A DNA stretch of 63,116 bases, the filler included, from Olpidium bornovanus S191 (taxonomy: Eukaryota > Fungi > Olpidiomycota): NCBI GenBank assembly GCA_017911155.1. It is 27 parts of 27 records of this genome, joined end to end, with 100 filler letters (N's around TTAATTAATTAA, not from the genome) between each part and the next. Parts side by side here need not be neighbours in the genome. Positions count along the whole stretch, not along the records: positions 37,447 to 39,953 come from JAEFCI010012242.1; positions 40,054 to 47,293 come from JAEFCI010008736.1; positions 47,394 to 48,668 come from JAEFCI010009694.1; positions 48,769 to 49,901 come from JAEFCI010001593.1; 23 more parts are not named here. The stretch is one strand, 5' to 3'. Under the pieces are notes generated by a model. The model saw only the letters and a program-made list of their open reading frames with translations, was not told where the DNA came from and ran no database searches. This document shows positions 38,019 through 49,520 of this stretch, piece by piece (positions within the stretch are counted from its first letter, which is position 1; the number at the start of each line of letters is the position of its first letter). A program made the translations under genes and the position numbers.

Positions 38019-39668
38019 TCACTGGTACAGCGCGTCGTCGATCCCCAGGACAGCGGGGGTCGGCGGCTCGGCGTCCAGAGGGCTGAAGCAGAACGTCGGC
38101 GGCGTCAGGAACGGCTGGAACCCGTGCATCTGGAGCGGGCGGGCGTTCAGGTTGCCCAGCAGGTCCGCCTGGAGCAGGTGGTCCCGCGGGTGCGGCGCCT
38201 CGTGGTAACGCGGGGCCGGCTGCTGCGGCTGCGCGTGCAGGTAGTGCTGCACCGGCGAGCTTCCCTGGCGCGCTCCCGCCTCCAGATGCTCCGGGTAGCT
38301 CCGCGCGTGCCTGCCGGCGAGAAGGACGCCGGCGGCGGCCCAGTCGTGGTCGAGCGCCGCCGCCGCCGCCGCCGTCGTCCCGTCCGCCTCCGGTTGCGCG
38401 GCCGCGAGCGGGTTCCGGTACAGGAAACCGCCGGCGGCGTCCGGCTGACAAAACGTCGGCGGCCGGGCGGCGCAGGGGGCGAACCCGCCGGCGATCGAGT
38501 TGGCCCGCGGCCTGGCGCCCCGCTGCTGCTGCTGCTGCTGCTGCGCGTGCGGCCGCGGGCGGAGGGCCGCGAAATGAAGCTGCTGCGGACCGGGCGCGGG
38601 CGCGGCGGCCGCGCCGCGCGTGACGGCGACGGGATCGAAGGCCGCTTCGGGCGCAAGCGCCGCCGCCGCCACCGCCCGAACCGTCGCCGGAGTCGGCGCC
38701 GCGATGCGTCCGGAGACCAGCGGGTCGGAGCCCAAGGGGGCCATCGCCGCAGGCGGCCTGAAGTACACCGGCGGCCGGCCCTGCGGCTCGCCCGCGGCGG
38801 CCGCGTCCGCCGCGAAGTCGAGCGATTTGACCCGGCGGATGCGCTCGCGCACCGAGCGGAGCCGGTCGATCAGAACCGCCTTCTTGCCCGTGGTGACCAG
38901 GCCCCTCAGCCTGAGCATCTCCTTGAGCTCCGCGACCGTGATGTCCTCAAAGTCCACGGCGTCCAGGGCCTCGTCCAGCATCCTGTGGCGTTTCGACGCC
39001 TCGAGCGGCGTTTTGGGGGGGATCGGCAGGGGGGACGGCCGCCGGCCGGCAGCGGCCGCTCCCGCGGCGCTGGCCGCCGCCGGAGTGCCGGAAACCGCGT
39101 CCTCGTCGGAAAAAACCTCGAACGCGCGGGCTTGCGGCAGCGGGGCAAAAAGGCCGACCGTCCCCGCAGCTTCGGCGGAGACGCGCGACTCCAGGACGTT
39201 CGCACGCTTCCGGTTTGCGGTGGCGGCGGCGGCCCTGTTGTAAGGCAACGAGCACGCCAAGGCCGCCGTCATCTCTGGCGACGAATGAAACACCGACCCG
39301 GGGGTCGTGGCGGCGGTTGACCGGCCGGCGGTCGAAAACGTCGGAGAGGAGTACGCGGAGCTCGCGATGGACGACAACGCTCCCGGAGATGCGGCGTAAC
39401 CCGAAACCATGCGGAGTTGCCGGGAGGGAGAATCCAGCACGTTCGGCACCGCGTTCCGGAGCGGTTCGAGGTTGCCGAACGGATCCAAGTAATTTTGCGA
39501 ACTCACGTTCGGTTGACGGTCAGCGGCGGAGTGAAACAGGAATTCCGTGGTCGCCGACCGGCAGAGGGGCCGCCGGCCGGGCGCCCGGAATCCGATTTGG
39601 GCCTCCAGCGGCTCGGCACAGGCGACGTCGGCGGCACTCAAATGTCCCGGAGGCCGGTGGTAGTTGAT
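38019..39668 (-). CDS. SAP-domain protein, last exon (550 codons)
   Basis: SAP motif FEDITVAELKEMLRLRGLVTTGKKAVLIDRL (~38860-38955) within S/P/A/Q-rich disordered sequence. CAG acceptor at 39669-39671. Confidence 0.8.
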   Translation of the reverse strand: MNYHRPPGHLSAADVACAEPLEAQIGFRAPGRRPLCRSATTEFLFHSAADRQPNVSSQNYLDPFGNLEPLRNAVPNVLDSPSRQLRMVSGYAASPGALSSIASSAYSSPTFSTAGRSTAATTPGSVFHSSPEMTAALACSLPYNRAAAATANRKRANVLESRVSAEAAGTVGLFAPLPQARAFEVFSDEDAVSGTPAAASAAGAAAAGRRPSPLPIPPKTPLEASKRHRMLDEALDAVDFEDITVAELKEMLRLRGLVTTGKKAVLIDRLRSVRERIRRVKSLDFAADAAAAGEPQGRPPVYFRPPAAMAPLGSDPLVSGRIAAPTPATVRAVAAAALAPEAAFDPVAVTRGAAAAPAPGPQQLHFAALRPRPHAQQQQQQQRGARPRANSIAGGFAPCAARPPTFCQPDAAGGFLYRNPLAAAQPEADGTTAAAAAALDHDWAAAGVLLAGRHARSYPEHLEAGARQGSSPVQHYLHAQPQQPAPRYHEAPHPRDHLLQADLLGNLNARPLQMHGFQPFLTPPTFCFSPLDAEPPTPAVLGIDDALYQ

Positions 39669-39712
39669 CTGGTGCGGCGAAAAAAAAAAAAGGCTCTTAG
39701 ACACAGGCCGCG

Positions 39713-39762
<50 letters not shown>

Positions 39763-39795
39763 CCCCCCCCCCCCCCCCCTCCCCCCTCCCCCCCC

Positions 39796-39826
<31 letters not shown>

Positions 39827-40053
39827 CCCCCCCCCCCCCCTTCTCCCCCACCCCCCTCTCTCCTTCCCCGCTTCTCCTTTTTCCACTTGCAAAACGGAGG
39901 AAATAAACGCAAACCGGGAACCCCCGGTCGTCAATTAAGGCTTTTTTGGAAAANNNNNNNNNNNNNNNNNNNNNNNNNNNNNNNNNNNNNNNNNNNNTTA
40001 ATTAATTAANNNNNNNNNNNNNNNNNNNNNNNNNNNNNNNNNNNNNNNNNNNN

Positions 40054-40516
40054 CATGGAGCTGATGGACGAGGAAATCCTGGCTGTGGTTCAGGAAGGTG
40101 AGAATCAAGAGGAGGACAATGCTGAGGAGGAGCAGGCCGCGACGATTACAAAGGCTGAAAAGCTGCAGAGCCTTGGAGTTGCTGCATCTCTCCTTGATCT
40201 ATCCAAGGAGGAGCATTGCAATGCTCACAAAGTACTTTGTAATGTCCAGTTTGAACTCTGCCATAAATCCGTAACTCAACGCACTCTTGCTTCCTGGATC
40301 CGAAAGTAGTGTTCTATCCTTCCCGCTCCTAAATTTTTGCTAGCTGATCTCCATTATCCATACAAACTGCTCCCTCTACTATCTTATAAGTCCCCATTTT
40401 CTTATAAGTTATTAATTATAAAGTATCAGCCATGAAATGATGTCGGTGGAAGCGGAAATGTATAAAGTAGCAGAGGTTATTAAGTATTGGATTATAAAGT
40501 ATGAGAGGGACGATTG
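40054..40516 (+). mobile_element. pogo/Tigger-like (Tc1-mariner) DNA transposon 3' end: transposase C-terminus + right TIR
   Basis: ...DEEILAVVQEGENQEEDNAEEE...KSVTQRTLASWIRK* is typical of the acidic tail and QTTI..FF end of pogo transposases. The terminus GAGAGGGACGATTG|TA reads CAATCGTCCCTCTC in reverse complement, resembling Tigger TIRs (CAGTCGTCCCTC), with a TA target site. Subterminal TTATAA(A)GT repeats are present. Confidence 0.7.
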
Positions 40517-40861
40517 TAAATGAAGAAACAAAAAAAACCACTCGCCTTCCACTGCGCCCATTTTTCCTTTCCGACACCGATTCCGACTGCACGATGATGA
40601 TAAAAGGGTCCAGCAAAATTAAAGATGTCTGCGCGCAGATGTCGTCTGCGCGCGTTAACGGGCAAAAGCAGATTTTTTTTTTGTTTGGCGGATACGTAGC
40701 GGGTCGGGAAACCGAGCTGCTTATTCCGAGGAGAAAAAAAAAACGCGATCTCTCTTTTTTAATTTTGTTTATATTTTTATTTCACCGCTGTTTCTGAGCG
40801 GCGCGGCCTTCCGCCGCCGATGTCGCCGATGCCGCGGCCTCCTCGCCTGCCCGCAAAGTCG

Positions 40862-41684
40862 TCAACTTTCCCTCCTAGGTGCTTCGGCAGAGGGGGCCGG
40901 GGGAAGCGCGGGTTCGCCTTCCGCATCGCCTCGGAGCGCGGCCTTCCTCAGCTCCCATAGCTGGCCGAGCTGCTGGTCCGACGCGGCGTCAAGCAAGCGC
41001 GCGTCGATCTTCCTCCTCTCGCGCAGGCGCTCCCCGAAATCCTCGGCCCCTGGAGCCGGCGGCAACACGACGGCCAGGTACTTTTGCCATTCCGTCAAGA
41101 ACTTGCCCACCGTCGCGTGGTCGTCCACGTTCCGGTGGTCGCGGAACTCCTTCCGGACGTAGCTGTGAAACGAACGATGACACGTGGCGTATAAGGGGAA
41201 ACCAAAAAACCAGGCGGGTTTTGTGCCCGTCGGGGGAAAACGTAACTGGCGGCGGTGGCGTCGGGGACGGCCGAGACGGCGGCGGCCAGATGGCAAAAAA
41301 TAAAAAAACCAACCTGTCACCCAGAAACCGCAGCTCCCGCGGTAGGCGCCTGTGGGCGCGGTATATTCGCCGGAGCTACGGATTTTCCAGGCATTTGTGG
41401 AGTAGGGAAGGAGTCGAAGGAGCGTAGGGAAACCGCGTCAGTTCGTCGGGGAGTTGATGTTTTCGAGCCCTCGGCATCTTCTTCCTCTAACACCCAGCAG
41501 CAGCAGCGTTACAAAAGCCAGGTGTGGAAAGGTTCCTGGCTGCCGCTGCGCACTCCGTCCGATGCCGAGAGGGTTGTCACCGCACAAGAGGAGTCTTGCT
41601 TTCGCCTGGCGTGCGCGCGACCAAAAACTCCCTTACCAGCCTGATGGCGAATGCCCTGTTGCCGACCGCCGGAGCAGTAGTCAT
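40862..41684 (-). CDS. SDH7: Succinate dehydrogenase assembly factor 3 (Sdh7/ACN9, LYR family)
   Basis: Spliced PHLAF|LRRIYRAHRRLPRELRFLGD|SYVRKEFRDHRNVDD...FLTEWQKYL...SDQQLGQLWEL matches ACN9. The 5' exon (ATG 41684) is less certain. Confidence 0.88.
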
Positions 41685-42507
41685 TTTCGGGTGGGCTTAT
41701 CCAAGTCTTCTTGGATACGGAAGAAAAAAGAGTGCGACGACTGTAACGGCGTTGTGAAGGGCGGGGATCTCTTCTATTAGCGAAAAAAAAAGTGCGAACG
41801 AAGCCATGGGCTTCCACCCCGCGAACGCGGGGAGAGCCAGCAACCATCAGCGGATGCGGGAAGAACTGCCAGGATCGGTGGCCTTTGGCTTCGCGCCGGC
41901 AGCATCTTCCGAGAGAGAACGTGCGGCAGAGGGGGCGGTAGCGGCGCTGCGAACGTCTCCACGCAGCAGGCACACATCCCCGTACGAAATGCTCCACACC
42001 CTCCGGCCGCAGTTCCGTTGGCGCTCCAGCGTACCTCTAAAAATTTGTGGAGGCGCTTGCTGGGCGGCAAAGTCGCCCTTTGCTTCGGTGGTCCTCGACA
42101 GAGTGTCCCGTCAAGCATTAAGGTACTCTGCTTTACGCCAATTGTCGCACGCCACACGCGCGATCACGCGTAATTTTCTCCGCCAACGTTATACTATCCG
42201 AGATGGCCTAGATTGCTCCAGCGCCGCCTGGAAGGACGCCGCACAACAAAGTCGTTGCTCCTCATTTCTCCGCCTTGGGACGGGGAAAAGGCGCTCCAAC
42301 TTCCCGCGCGCAAAAATTCTCTCCTGAGTTCAAAACAAAGCCGCCAGGGCAAACTCGACAAGTACTCCGCGTGGATTCGCTAAGGCGATTGACGCGCGCT
42401 CGAGTAAAGGCCACTTGCTGAACGTGCAGACGACCCTGCCGCATCACGCACCATTAACCATGTATACGATTGCCGGGTTCGTGATCTCCCCCCGGTTTTA
42501 GGGCGTA

Positions 42508-44835
42508 TCAGAACTCTTTCCGAAGATGCAAAAGGTGACAATCCAAGGTAACAAGGTCGACAAGGACGACGGTTCCAGTTTCTTCGAACGAGGGGACAAG
42601 CACGACCCGGACTCTTTGACCATCCTCACCTGGTATGACAAAACGAGGGACGAAGACGGAAAAGAACATGGCGTGAGGAGTTGCATAAGCAATAGCATTA
42701 CGAAAGAATGGATTATCCAAAAGTCCAGAAACTGCTGGGCGGGTCGCCCAACATCGACCAAAAGCCACAACAGTTTACCATCTACAACCCTCGTCATAAA
42801 CTCGGGCTGGTTGCCTATGAAATAGACGTGTGGTGACTCAGTCATGATGAATGGATCTTGATCTGTGAACGGATAACACCCTGAGCAATTATAGGGCAGT
42901 CAGAAAGAGTGAGATGATAATTAAGGGAACTAAGAGAAGAGACCAGTTACAGAACTCACACAGCGTGTCTGGTGCCGTTGGGGCCATATGTCGCCAATTG
43001 AGAGTCGATACAGCCATCTCGAGCCGATCGGTGGCGCTCAGATACTTGTCTATGTCCGCCAACGGTTGCCCAGAATTGCCGAGGAAGCTTGCAAAATGGC
43101 AAAAGCCAGCAGGCGAATTAACGAGTCAGCAATTGAGCCATCCACGGCGGAATTGTCTCAGCAACCAATGTGCACTCACGTAACCCCACATTCGGACATC
43201 CAGTACGGGTTTGGGACACTGTTAAAGGATGAATATCGGCGAGCCTTCGGAAAGAGCGAGGGGTGCATCGGCTGCTGCGGCAGTGTCACGTTCGATGGGT
43301 CCGTCTCGCCGGGCATCACGTCCACTGTAGTCACCGTCTCGCAAATCCGCTCGAGTAGCGCGTCCAAGTTCCGAAGGGACTCGCCGCTGGAAGGGGCGAG
43401 CTCCTGGCCGTACCGCTTTTGAAGTCCGCAAGACGAGGGCGTGTCACGGAACACATAACGACGAGAAGCCGTGAAATGGCAACGGCACTGTTGGAGGCCT
43501 CAAAGTTGTGCAAAACTGACGCTGTCGCTTACCGGTTTCTTATCGTCGTCCACCAGAACGGGCTTGGCGAGCAAGTTACCCGCTAGCACGACGTGCACGA
43601 TTCGTGAGCACTGTTCACGGTCCTGAAATTACGAGGAGTCAGAACGGCCCGGAATCAAAGCCGCCATGTCTCCTTCCCGAACGCACAAGCTCGCTTCCGA
43701 GTTCACCAGTCAGGTACTCGATGAGGATCTCTGTCTCAGCAGAAAGCGGCTTGCCGTTTCCAAGGCGCAGACAGGACACCAATGCCACGTATTTCGACTG
43801 CCCATCACCACCTGTCGGGTACACAGAATTTAGTCGGCCTAGCCTTTTTTGCAATTCGATGCTTACGACAAACCAATTACAAAATACAATGTCCCCACCA
43901 TTTCCAGGAAGGCAGGACAATGGCTTTTGCGGGGCCAAGCCAGGCAAGCAGAAGTCCAAAACCTCGAAGCTGCTGGCCGACTTCTCGCTTCCCAGGATCG
44001 CCATAATGATTCCCGACACGTGGATTCCTTTTTTGAGCCACGTCCCTGTCAGCTGCACACGGCCTGACTCGTCCTCGAGCGCAACGGAGTCACCATCGCC
44101 TGTATATTTCGAGCGTGGTGGCGGAGCCGCGACGTGGTGCTGCAAAATAAAGAACCGGTAAAAAAAAAGGAAAACCCATACCCCACCTCCACGAAGCGTG
44201 CAGCGGCCCAGAATTGAAAATTCCCCCAAAGCGAAACCCGCGCACGGGCCAAAAATTCAAATTCTCTCCAAAGCGAAAGCGAATAAAGAATTTCAGAGAA
44301 ACAAGCCGCCACCAGGTAAAATGCGGAAACAACGTCTGCGTGGGTCAGCAAACCCACCTCGTTCGCGACGTCATGAAGGATATTGGGCTTCAGAGTCATG
44401 TCGACGTATACGGTCCCAATGATGTAGCATACCTCGCCCGGCCTGACGTCCAGCACCTTCTCCACATAGGGCGGTGGCGTCAGGCCAGCGTCTGCAGCAC
44501 AACCCCCCGAGGCGCGGATTAAAACCACAACGCGGAATCCCCCAATAGGGCGAGCACCCCATCGTGGACTGCACGTCCTGAACTGCTCTAACCGAGTACC
44601 CACCGACGGCGGGTAACACCCACTTCCTTTCCGCTGCGTCCTTCACTGGCCCTCGCAAACCGAGCAGGCGCAGGAAATAAATGTGCGAAAACTGCTGCTT
44701 GTAGACGCGCTGGCGGAGAACGAATCGGCTCGTGAGGCACTCGCGGTGATCCGCGTCGGAAGGAGCGCGCGACGGCGTCTCATCGTCAAAGAGAGACTCC
44801 AGTTCTTCCTTCTCCAACTTGGTTGGACATGCCAT
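42508..44835 (-). CDS. POL31: DNA polymerase delta small subunit (Pol31/POLD2), complete, multi-exon
   Basis: [13 protein letters not shown]; [18 protein letters not shown]; [10 protein letters not shown]; [22 protein letters not shown]; PNPYW; [19 protein letters not shown]; [20 protein letters not shown]...*. Confidence 0.96.
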
Positions 44836-45814
44836 GAGATGGTCGGCACGACTGGGCGTCGTTAATCGTTGGCATATGGACAACGCACGGAAACGTTTTT
44901 CCGCGCGGACATATCCGAGAAATTAATGTAGTCCGTACGGGAACCAGTATGAACCGAAGCGGGCGCGTTGGAGGCCAACAGGAGAAAAGCAACCTCTGCA
45001 TGCGAACACGCACGCGTTTTTCCTCTTCCTATTCGACGGGCCGGCCGAGACAGGTTTTCTCCCCGCTGTTTCGCCGACAAGCCGGGCATCGTCGCGCATG
45101 TTGTTGCCGCCGTCCGCGTTCGCGCTTGCCGAAGGAATCTCCTGCAGGGGGGGGCGCACGGCTTCTCCGGTTTGCGGCAGTGGCGGCAACTGGGCAGCCG
45201 GTTCTGGCCTGCCCGGGGAACCGCCGTGTCGCGCGGAAAGCATCTGTGCGGCCTGCAGTTCGGCCAGCGACTGCTGCTGACCCGCCCGGAGCGGCAGAGA
45301 CTGGGGCACTGCTTCCGCCGGGCTGCTGCCGTGGTGGCGCCGTCCGGGCGGGCGGTTAAGGTTGGAAGAGTCAGGGGGCGGGCCCCACTGCAGCCTGTGC
45401 CGTGCCCGCTGCGCTTCTCCCCCTCCCTCTTAACGCCCGCGTCACTTTCCCAATCCCTCCCCAAGGTCCCGCCAAAACCGATCTCGGGCCGGCCGATCGC
45501 GATGCCGATGTGACGGAGGTCGCGTGGCGGCGGTGTCTGCGAGATAAGAGATCCGTCTGCCACAGGGCCAAGTTGTCTTGGTCCTCGACTATTTCCCTAC
45601 GAACCATTGCTGCCAGCCGGGCGACCAACTTGGCGATGACCGCCGGCCCTTGGATGATGATGAAGACGAGTCGCTAATGGTTATGCCAATTCGTGCCCAC
45701 CCGTCTGTCGACGCCTTTTGAATACGTGAGTGACGAGGAAGATCTTACGTGTTTTGAACCCCGCCTCCCCGTCGACAACGACTCGGGCTTTGCGGTCCGT
45801 GCGGCACGCTTTCA

Positions 45815-46577
45815 CGTTTGGTTATGTGTATTGGACGGTAAACGGAGAGTAGCGGAAAGTAGGGACCAAATAGTGGTACCCAGTACAAACAGCATGTGTG
45901 AGGGAAGCAGTGTGGGGAAACAGCGCTTGACTAAAACACTCCCCCCCAAGCGCAGAAGCTTGAAACGAAAACTCAGAAGCAGGATTGAAAACACATCAGA
46001 GGGGAGAAAGGCAGAGGCGAGGACGAAGGGCTAAGTATGTAGGTTTAGGGAGGGGCTTTGTCATAATGTCGGCAATAGTGTCAGCCGACGCAGTAGGGAT
46101 GAATTCAATAAGATTGTCTTTGATGCTTTCCTTGACGAAAGCCAGTCGAATGGCTATGTGCTTGGTGTGATTGAAAAATTGGTTGGGTTGGAGGAGGGCG
46201 ATAGCCGACTGGTTGTCTTGTTGGATGGGAGTCGGTCCTTGGGAAAAGCGTAGATCAGCAAGGAGCTGGCGGAGGTGTATGATATCCGGGAGGATCTCAG
46301 AGAGAGCTGTACACTCGGCTATGGTCGTAGACGTTGCCAAAGTCGCTTGTCGACGCGCACGCCAGGAGATCAAGTTAGAACACAGGAATAGTTATGCACC
46401 CGATGTGCTATGGCGGTCGGTTCGGTCATTGGCGTAATCCGCGTCGCATGATGCAGACAGGACAATGAAAGTCGGTTGGAAGGTGAGAGCGTAGTCGGCA
46501 GTCCCGGCAAGATATCGGAACACGCGCTTGATAGCCATCCAGTGGGTGCTATTCGCGTGGGTCTGGTGATTACGGGC
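45815..46577 (-). mobile_element. Ty1/copia 3' end: RT tail + RNase H, PPT and ~124-bp 3' LTR
   Basis: HWMAIKRVFRYLAGT...SCDADYAND..DRHSTSGA*LFLCSNLISWRARRQ...DNQSAIAL...TKHIAIRLAFVKE...IADIMTKPLP. The PPT GGGGGGGAG (45947-45939) abuts TGTTTTAG at 45938; the LTR ends ...CATAACCAAAC(G) near 45815. Confidence 0.9.
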
Positions 46578-46768
46578 TGTAACAAAGTCTTATATTGTCG
46601 TGCGCTTCGGCATGATCGGGACTACAAATGGTCGGGAAAAGACTAAGTATAGCTCGAGGTTCGAGGACGAGATCGGGATCAGGATCGAGGTGTGAGTTTT
46701 GGCTCTGGGGCTTTATCTGGAACTACGAGGTTCTGGGCCTCTTATAGGCGTGTAAGCGTGTAGCCCGC
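46578..46768 (-). mobile_element. LTR fragment (…CTTTGTTACA end) inserted into the copia RT
   Basis: Copia coding similarity stops exactly at TGTAACAAAG (46578). The segment carries a minus-strand TATAAG near 46741-46746 and is cut at 46768 by another LTR. Confidence 0.55.
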
Positions 46769-47293
46769 TGTCGGGCAATTTCTTGCCCAGGCGGCTGGGG
46801 CGCCCGAACGGAGCCCTTTGTTATCCCCCCCCCCCCCGCTTGTTCAAAAAACCCCGACCCACCGACAAAACACAAACAATAATAAACAAACTAAGGAATC
46901 TTCGAAGCGGGTAGCAAACGTTTGGTCCGGACGCCGTGCGACCGTGACCCTCCTACGGTTGAGGGTTGGCGCGCTCCTCGGGTTCGAGAACCTCGGCTGG
47001 ACGCCCGTACGATCGAAGGCTCCTTCGAAGGCCTGCAGAGGGCGTGCGTGCTCGACAGCGGAAAAGTTCCTTGCCGCCCTGCAGCGATAGAGCCTTGGGC
47101 TATCCTCAACAGCAACCTGCAAACTCACGTCGGGTTGAGTTAATACCCGACAAATTGGCGCTCCCAGGCAGGAACTTGACGGCCGGGAAGGTAAGTGACG
47201 AGGAGCTGTCGGGCGCACAGCCGTCGACGATGGCCGCATTGGACATGCGGGCGTTGGTGGCCCAGATGCGGTCGTCGGAAGTTCGCGCTGCGG
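46769..47293 (+). mobile_element. Ty3/gypsy-like 5' LTR (46769-47152), PBS (47156-47173) and gag start
   Basis: Terminal inverted repeat TGTCGGG...CCCGACA, then AAT, then TGGCGCTCCCAGGCAGGA (complementary to a tRNA 3' end ...GGGAGCG-CCA). ATG at ~47230 gives MAALDMRALVAQMRSSEVRAA, cut by the contig end. Confidence 0.75.
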
Positions 47294-47393
47294 NNNNNNN
47301 NNNNNNNNNNNNNNNNNNNNNNNNNNNNNNNNNNNNNTTAATTAATTAANNNNNNNNNNNNNNNNNNNNNNNNNNNNNNNNNNNNNNNNNNNN

Positions 47394-48432
47394 CTCGCTC
47401 AAAATCGTGCACAGGGATATCAAGCCGCAGAACGTTTTGATTGCCAAGGGGCGTAACAACGCCAAAGTCGGGTCCGCCGCATCCGCGCTGTTACATTCGC
47501 CTCACAACGGACATAAGAGCCACCCCAGGGCCTTACTTTCGGATTTCGGTCTCTGCAAGCGACTCGAGCACGACCAGAGCAGCTTCAACAATATGACCCA
47601 CGCTGCCGCGTCTGTGGGGGCGGCGGGTACAATCGGCTGGCGCGCCCCCGAGTGCCTGTTGGCGCTGGGATCCGGGCAGCAGATTGTGCTCGGCGGAGAC
47701 TCACGTTCTTCATTGCCGACTTCCGACGATGTCCCGCAGGGCAGCGGCAGGAGCGGTGCCCGCATTACCAAGGCCATCGACATCTTCTCGGCGGGTTGTC
47801 TCTTTTACTACGTCCTTTCAGGCGGTGAGCACCCGTTCGGCGAACGGTACGAGCGGGAGTCGAACATTCTCAAGAACCTCTACGACCTAGGCAAGCTGGA
47901 GCTGTTGGGACCGGAGGGCTTGGAGGCGCGGGACCTTGTCGAGCGGATGATTTCGGCCGACCCGAAGCTGCGGCCGACCGCGCCCGAGATCTTGGCGCAC
48001 CCGTACTTTTGGTCGCCGGCGAAACGCCTGGCCTTCCTCATGGACTGCTCCGACCGCTTCGAAGTGGAGTGCCGTGACCCGCCGTCGCCGCTCCTCGCCG
48101 CCCTCGAGTCGCGCGCCCATCGCGTATTCGGCCCCGGGGAGAATTGGCAGCGGCGCCTCGACCGCCCGTTCGTGGAAAGCCTGGGCAAGTACCGGAAGTA
48201 CGACTTCCGGAGCATCCGCGACCTTCTCCGCGCTCTCCGGAACAAGAGGCACCACTACCAGGATGCGCCGGACGCCCTTAAGCGCCTGTTCGGCCCCACC
48301 GCGGAGACGTTTTTGGCCTACTTTCGGTCAAAGTTTCCCAACCTCTTTATCCACGTCTACGGGGTGGTCCGCAGCGACCCCAAGGTCAGGCAGGAGCACC
48401 TCTTCCGGCCGTATTTCGAGAATCCCACGTAA
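47394..48432 (+). CDS. IRE1: IRE1 kinase/endoribonuclease, C-terminal kinase + KEN domains
   Basis: IVHRDIKPQNVLI...LSDFGLCKRL...GTIGWRAPE...DIFSAGCLFYYVLSGGEHPFG; KEN: RLAFLMDCSDRFE...YRKYDFRSIRDLLRALRNKRHHY. Confidence 0.97.
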
Positions 48433-48768
48433 GCGAAATCGTGTTTTTCTTCGAGAGGCCGGCGACAACGCGACGGACGGTTCTCTAGAAATCGATCCGG
48501 TTAGAAAATCGTGGATCCTGGGCGCGCGATCGCGCCAGTCAGTTTTCACACTGTAATTTATAGCGAGCACGATATACCATTTCCGCCAAGGTGCGGCGTG
48601 ATGATGATACCCACTACAAACGAAAAAAAAAGCAAGCCTGTACCAGCGTCAGGGAAGCGGGACCATGCNNNNNNNNNNNNNNNNNNNNNNNNNNNNNNNN
48701 NNNNNNNNNNNNTTAATTAATTAANNNNNNNNNNNNNNNNNNNNNNNNNNNNNNNNNNNNNNNNNNNN

Positions 48769-49520
48769 CATGAGCCGGCCGCCCGCGGGCCGGTCAGAGA
48801 TGGCCGACTCCTCCACCGCTGCGTTGATGACAACGTACTCGGGGTTCAAAGACGGCCGCGGCGACGACGACGACGACAAGGCGTACAGCCTGTTCATCCA
48901 GTACGCCACGTCTCGCACCATCAGCGGCGGCGTCAGGAAACGTTCGTACCCGTTCAGCGCCGACGAGACGATCGCGTCGTCTCGATAGCGTTCGGTCGGC
49001 GTCCTATCCCTGATCAGCCAGAACTTGTTGTCCAGAGATGAGTCACCCGCCAGCCAAACCACCGGCTGATCCTTCGCTAACAACGTCCGGAGAGTTTCCA
49101 GGTGATCTAGGCGGTGCCCGTGGTACTCCTCGTAGAAGTCCCGCACGGACACTTTGATCGGAGGAGGGGGTGGCTAAGAGAGGGAACGACAATCAGCGGT
49201 TGACTTTCACAGGCGACGCCTGCGATTCTCGCCGGCGTTTGCAACAATCACTTCACCTCCTCAGCAGCGGCGGCGGCGGCGGTAACCTCTTCTTGTTGAG
49301 CGGCGGACTTGCAATCCTGGGAGGACAGTTTTCCAACCGTGGCGGCCGACCCCGACCTTTCGAGTGCGGAGATACATGCGAGTTCTGTGGCGGAGCAACG
49401 GTTGGGCACGCAGGGCGGCGACGCGGACGACGGAGCAGCAAAAACGAGAACCTCTTCGCTGGACGTCGGGCGCTCGGCGGCCCTTGCCGTGCCAGGAGAA
49501 GGCGGCGGCGGGGACAGCAT
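48769..49520 (-). CDS. Uncharacterised SGNH/GDSL-like hydrolase (5' part, 2 exons)
   Basis: Exon 2 from ~49173: IKVSVRDFYEEYHGHRLDHL...VVWLAGDSSLDNKFW...DVAYWMN...VINAAVEES. GDSSL resembles the SGNH block I Ser motif. In-phase GAG|GTGAAG donor near 49257. Confidence 0.6.

Noticed and set aside
41376-41378. In-frame TAG upstream of the SDH7 LYR motif as stop-codon readthrough or recoding
   Set aside because: The TAG is a 3' splice acceptor with a CTGAC branch point and pyrimidine tract. A GTAACG donor near 41514 joins PHLAF to LRRIYRAH in frame.
42988-43422. Plus-strand 144-aa ORF, and similar antisense ORFs over HSP70, IRE1, CFAP58 and GDT1
   Set aside because: These are antisense shadows of real genes in GC-rich coding DNA.
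46816-46838. CTTTGTTA + poly-C as the partner terminus and PPT of the TGTAACAAAG LTR at 46578
   Set aside because: It lies inside the better-supported 46769-47152 LTR (7-bp terminal IR plus PBS) and ends TC rather than CA, so it is probably coincidental.
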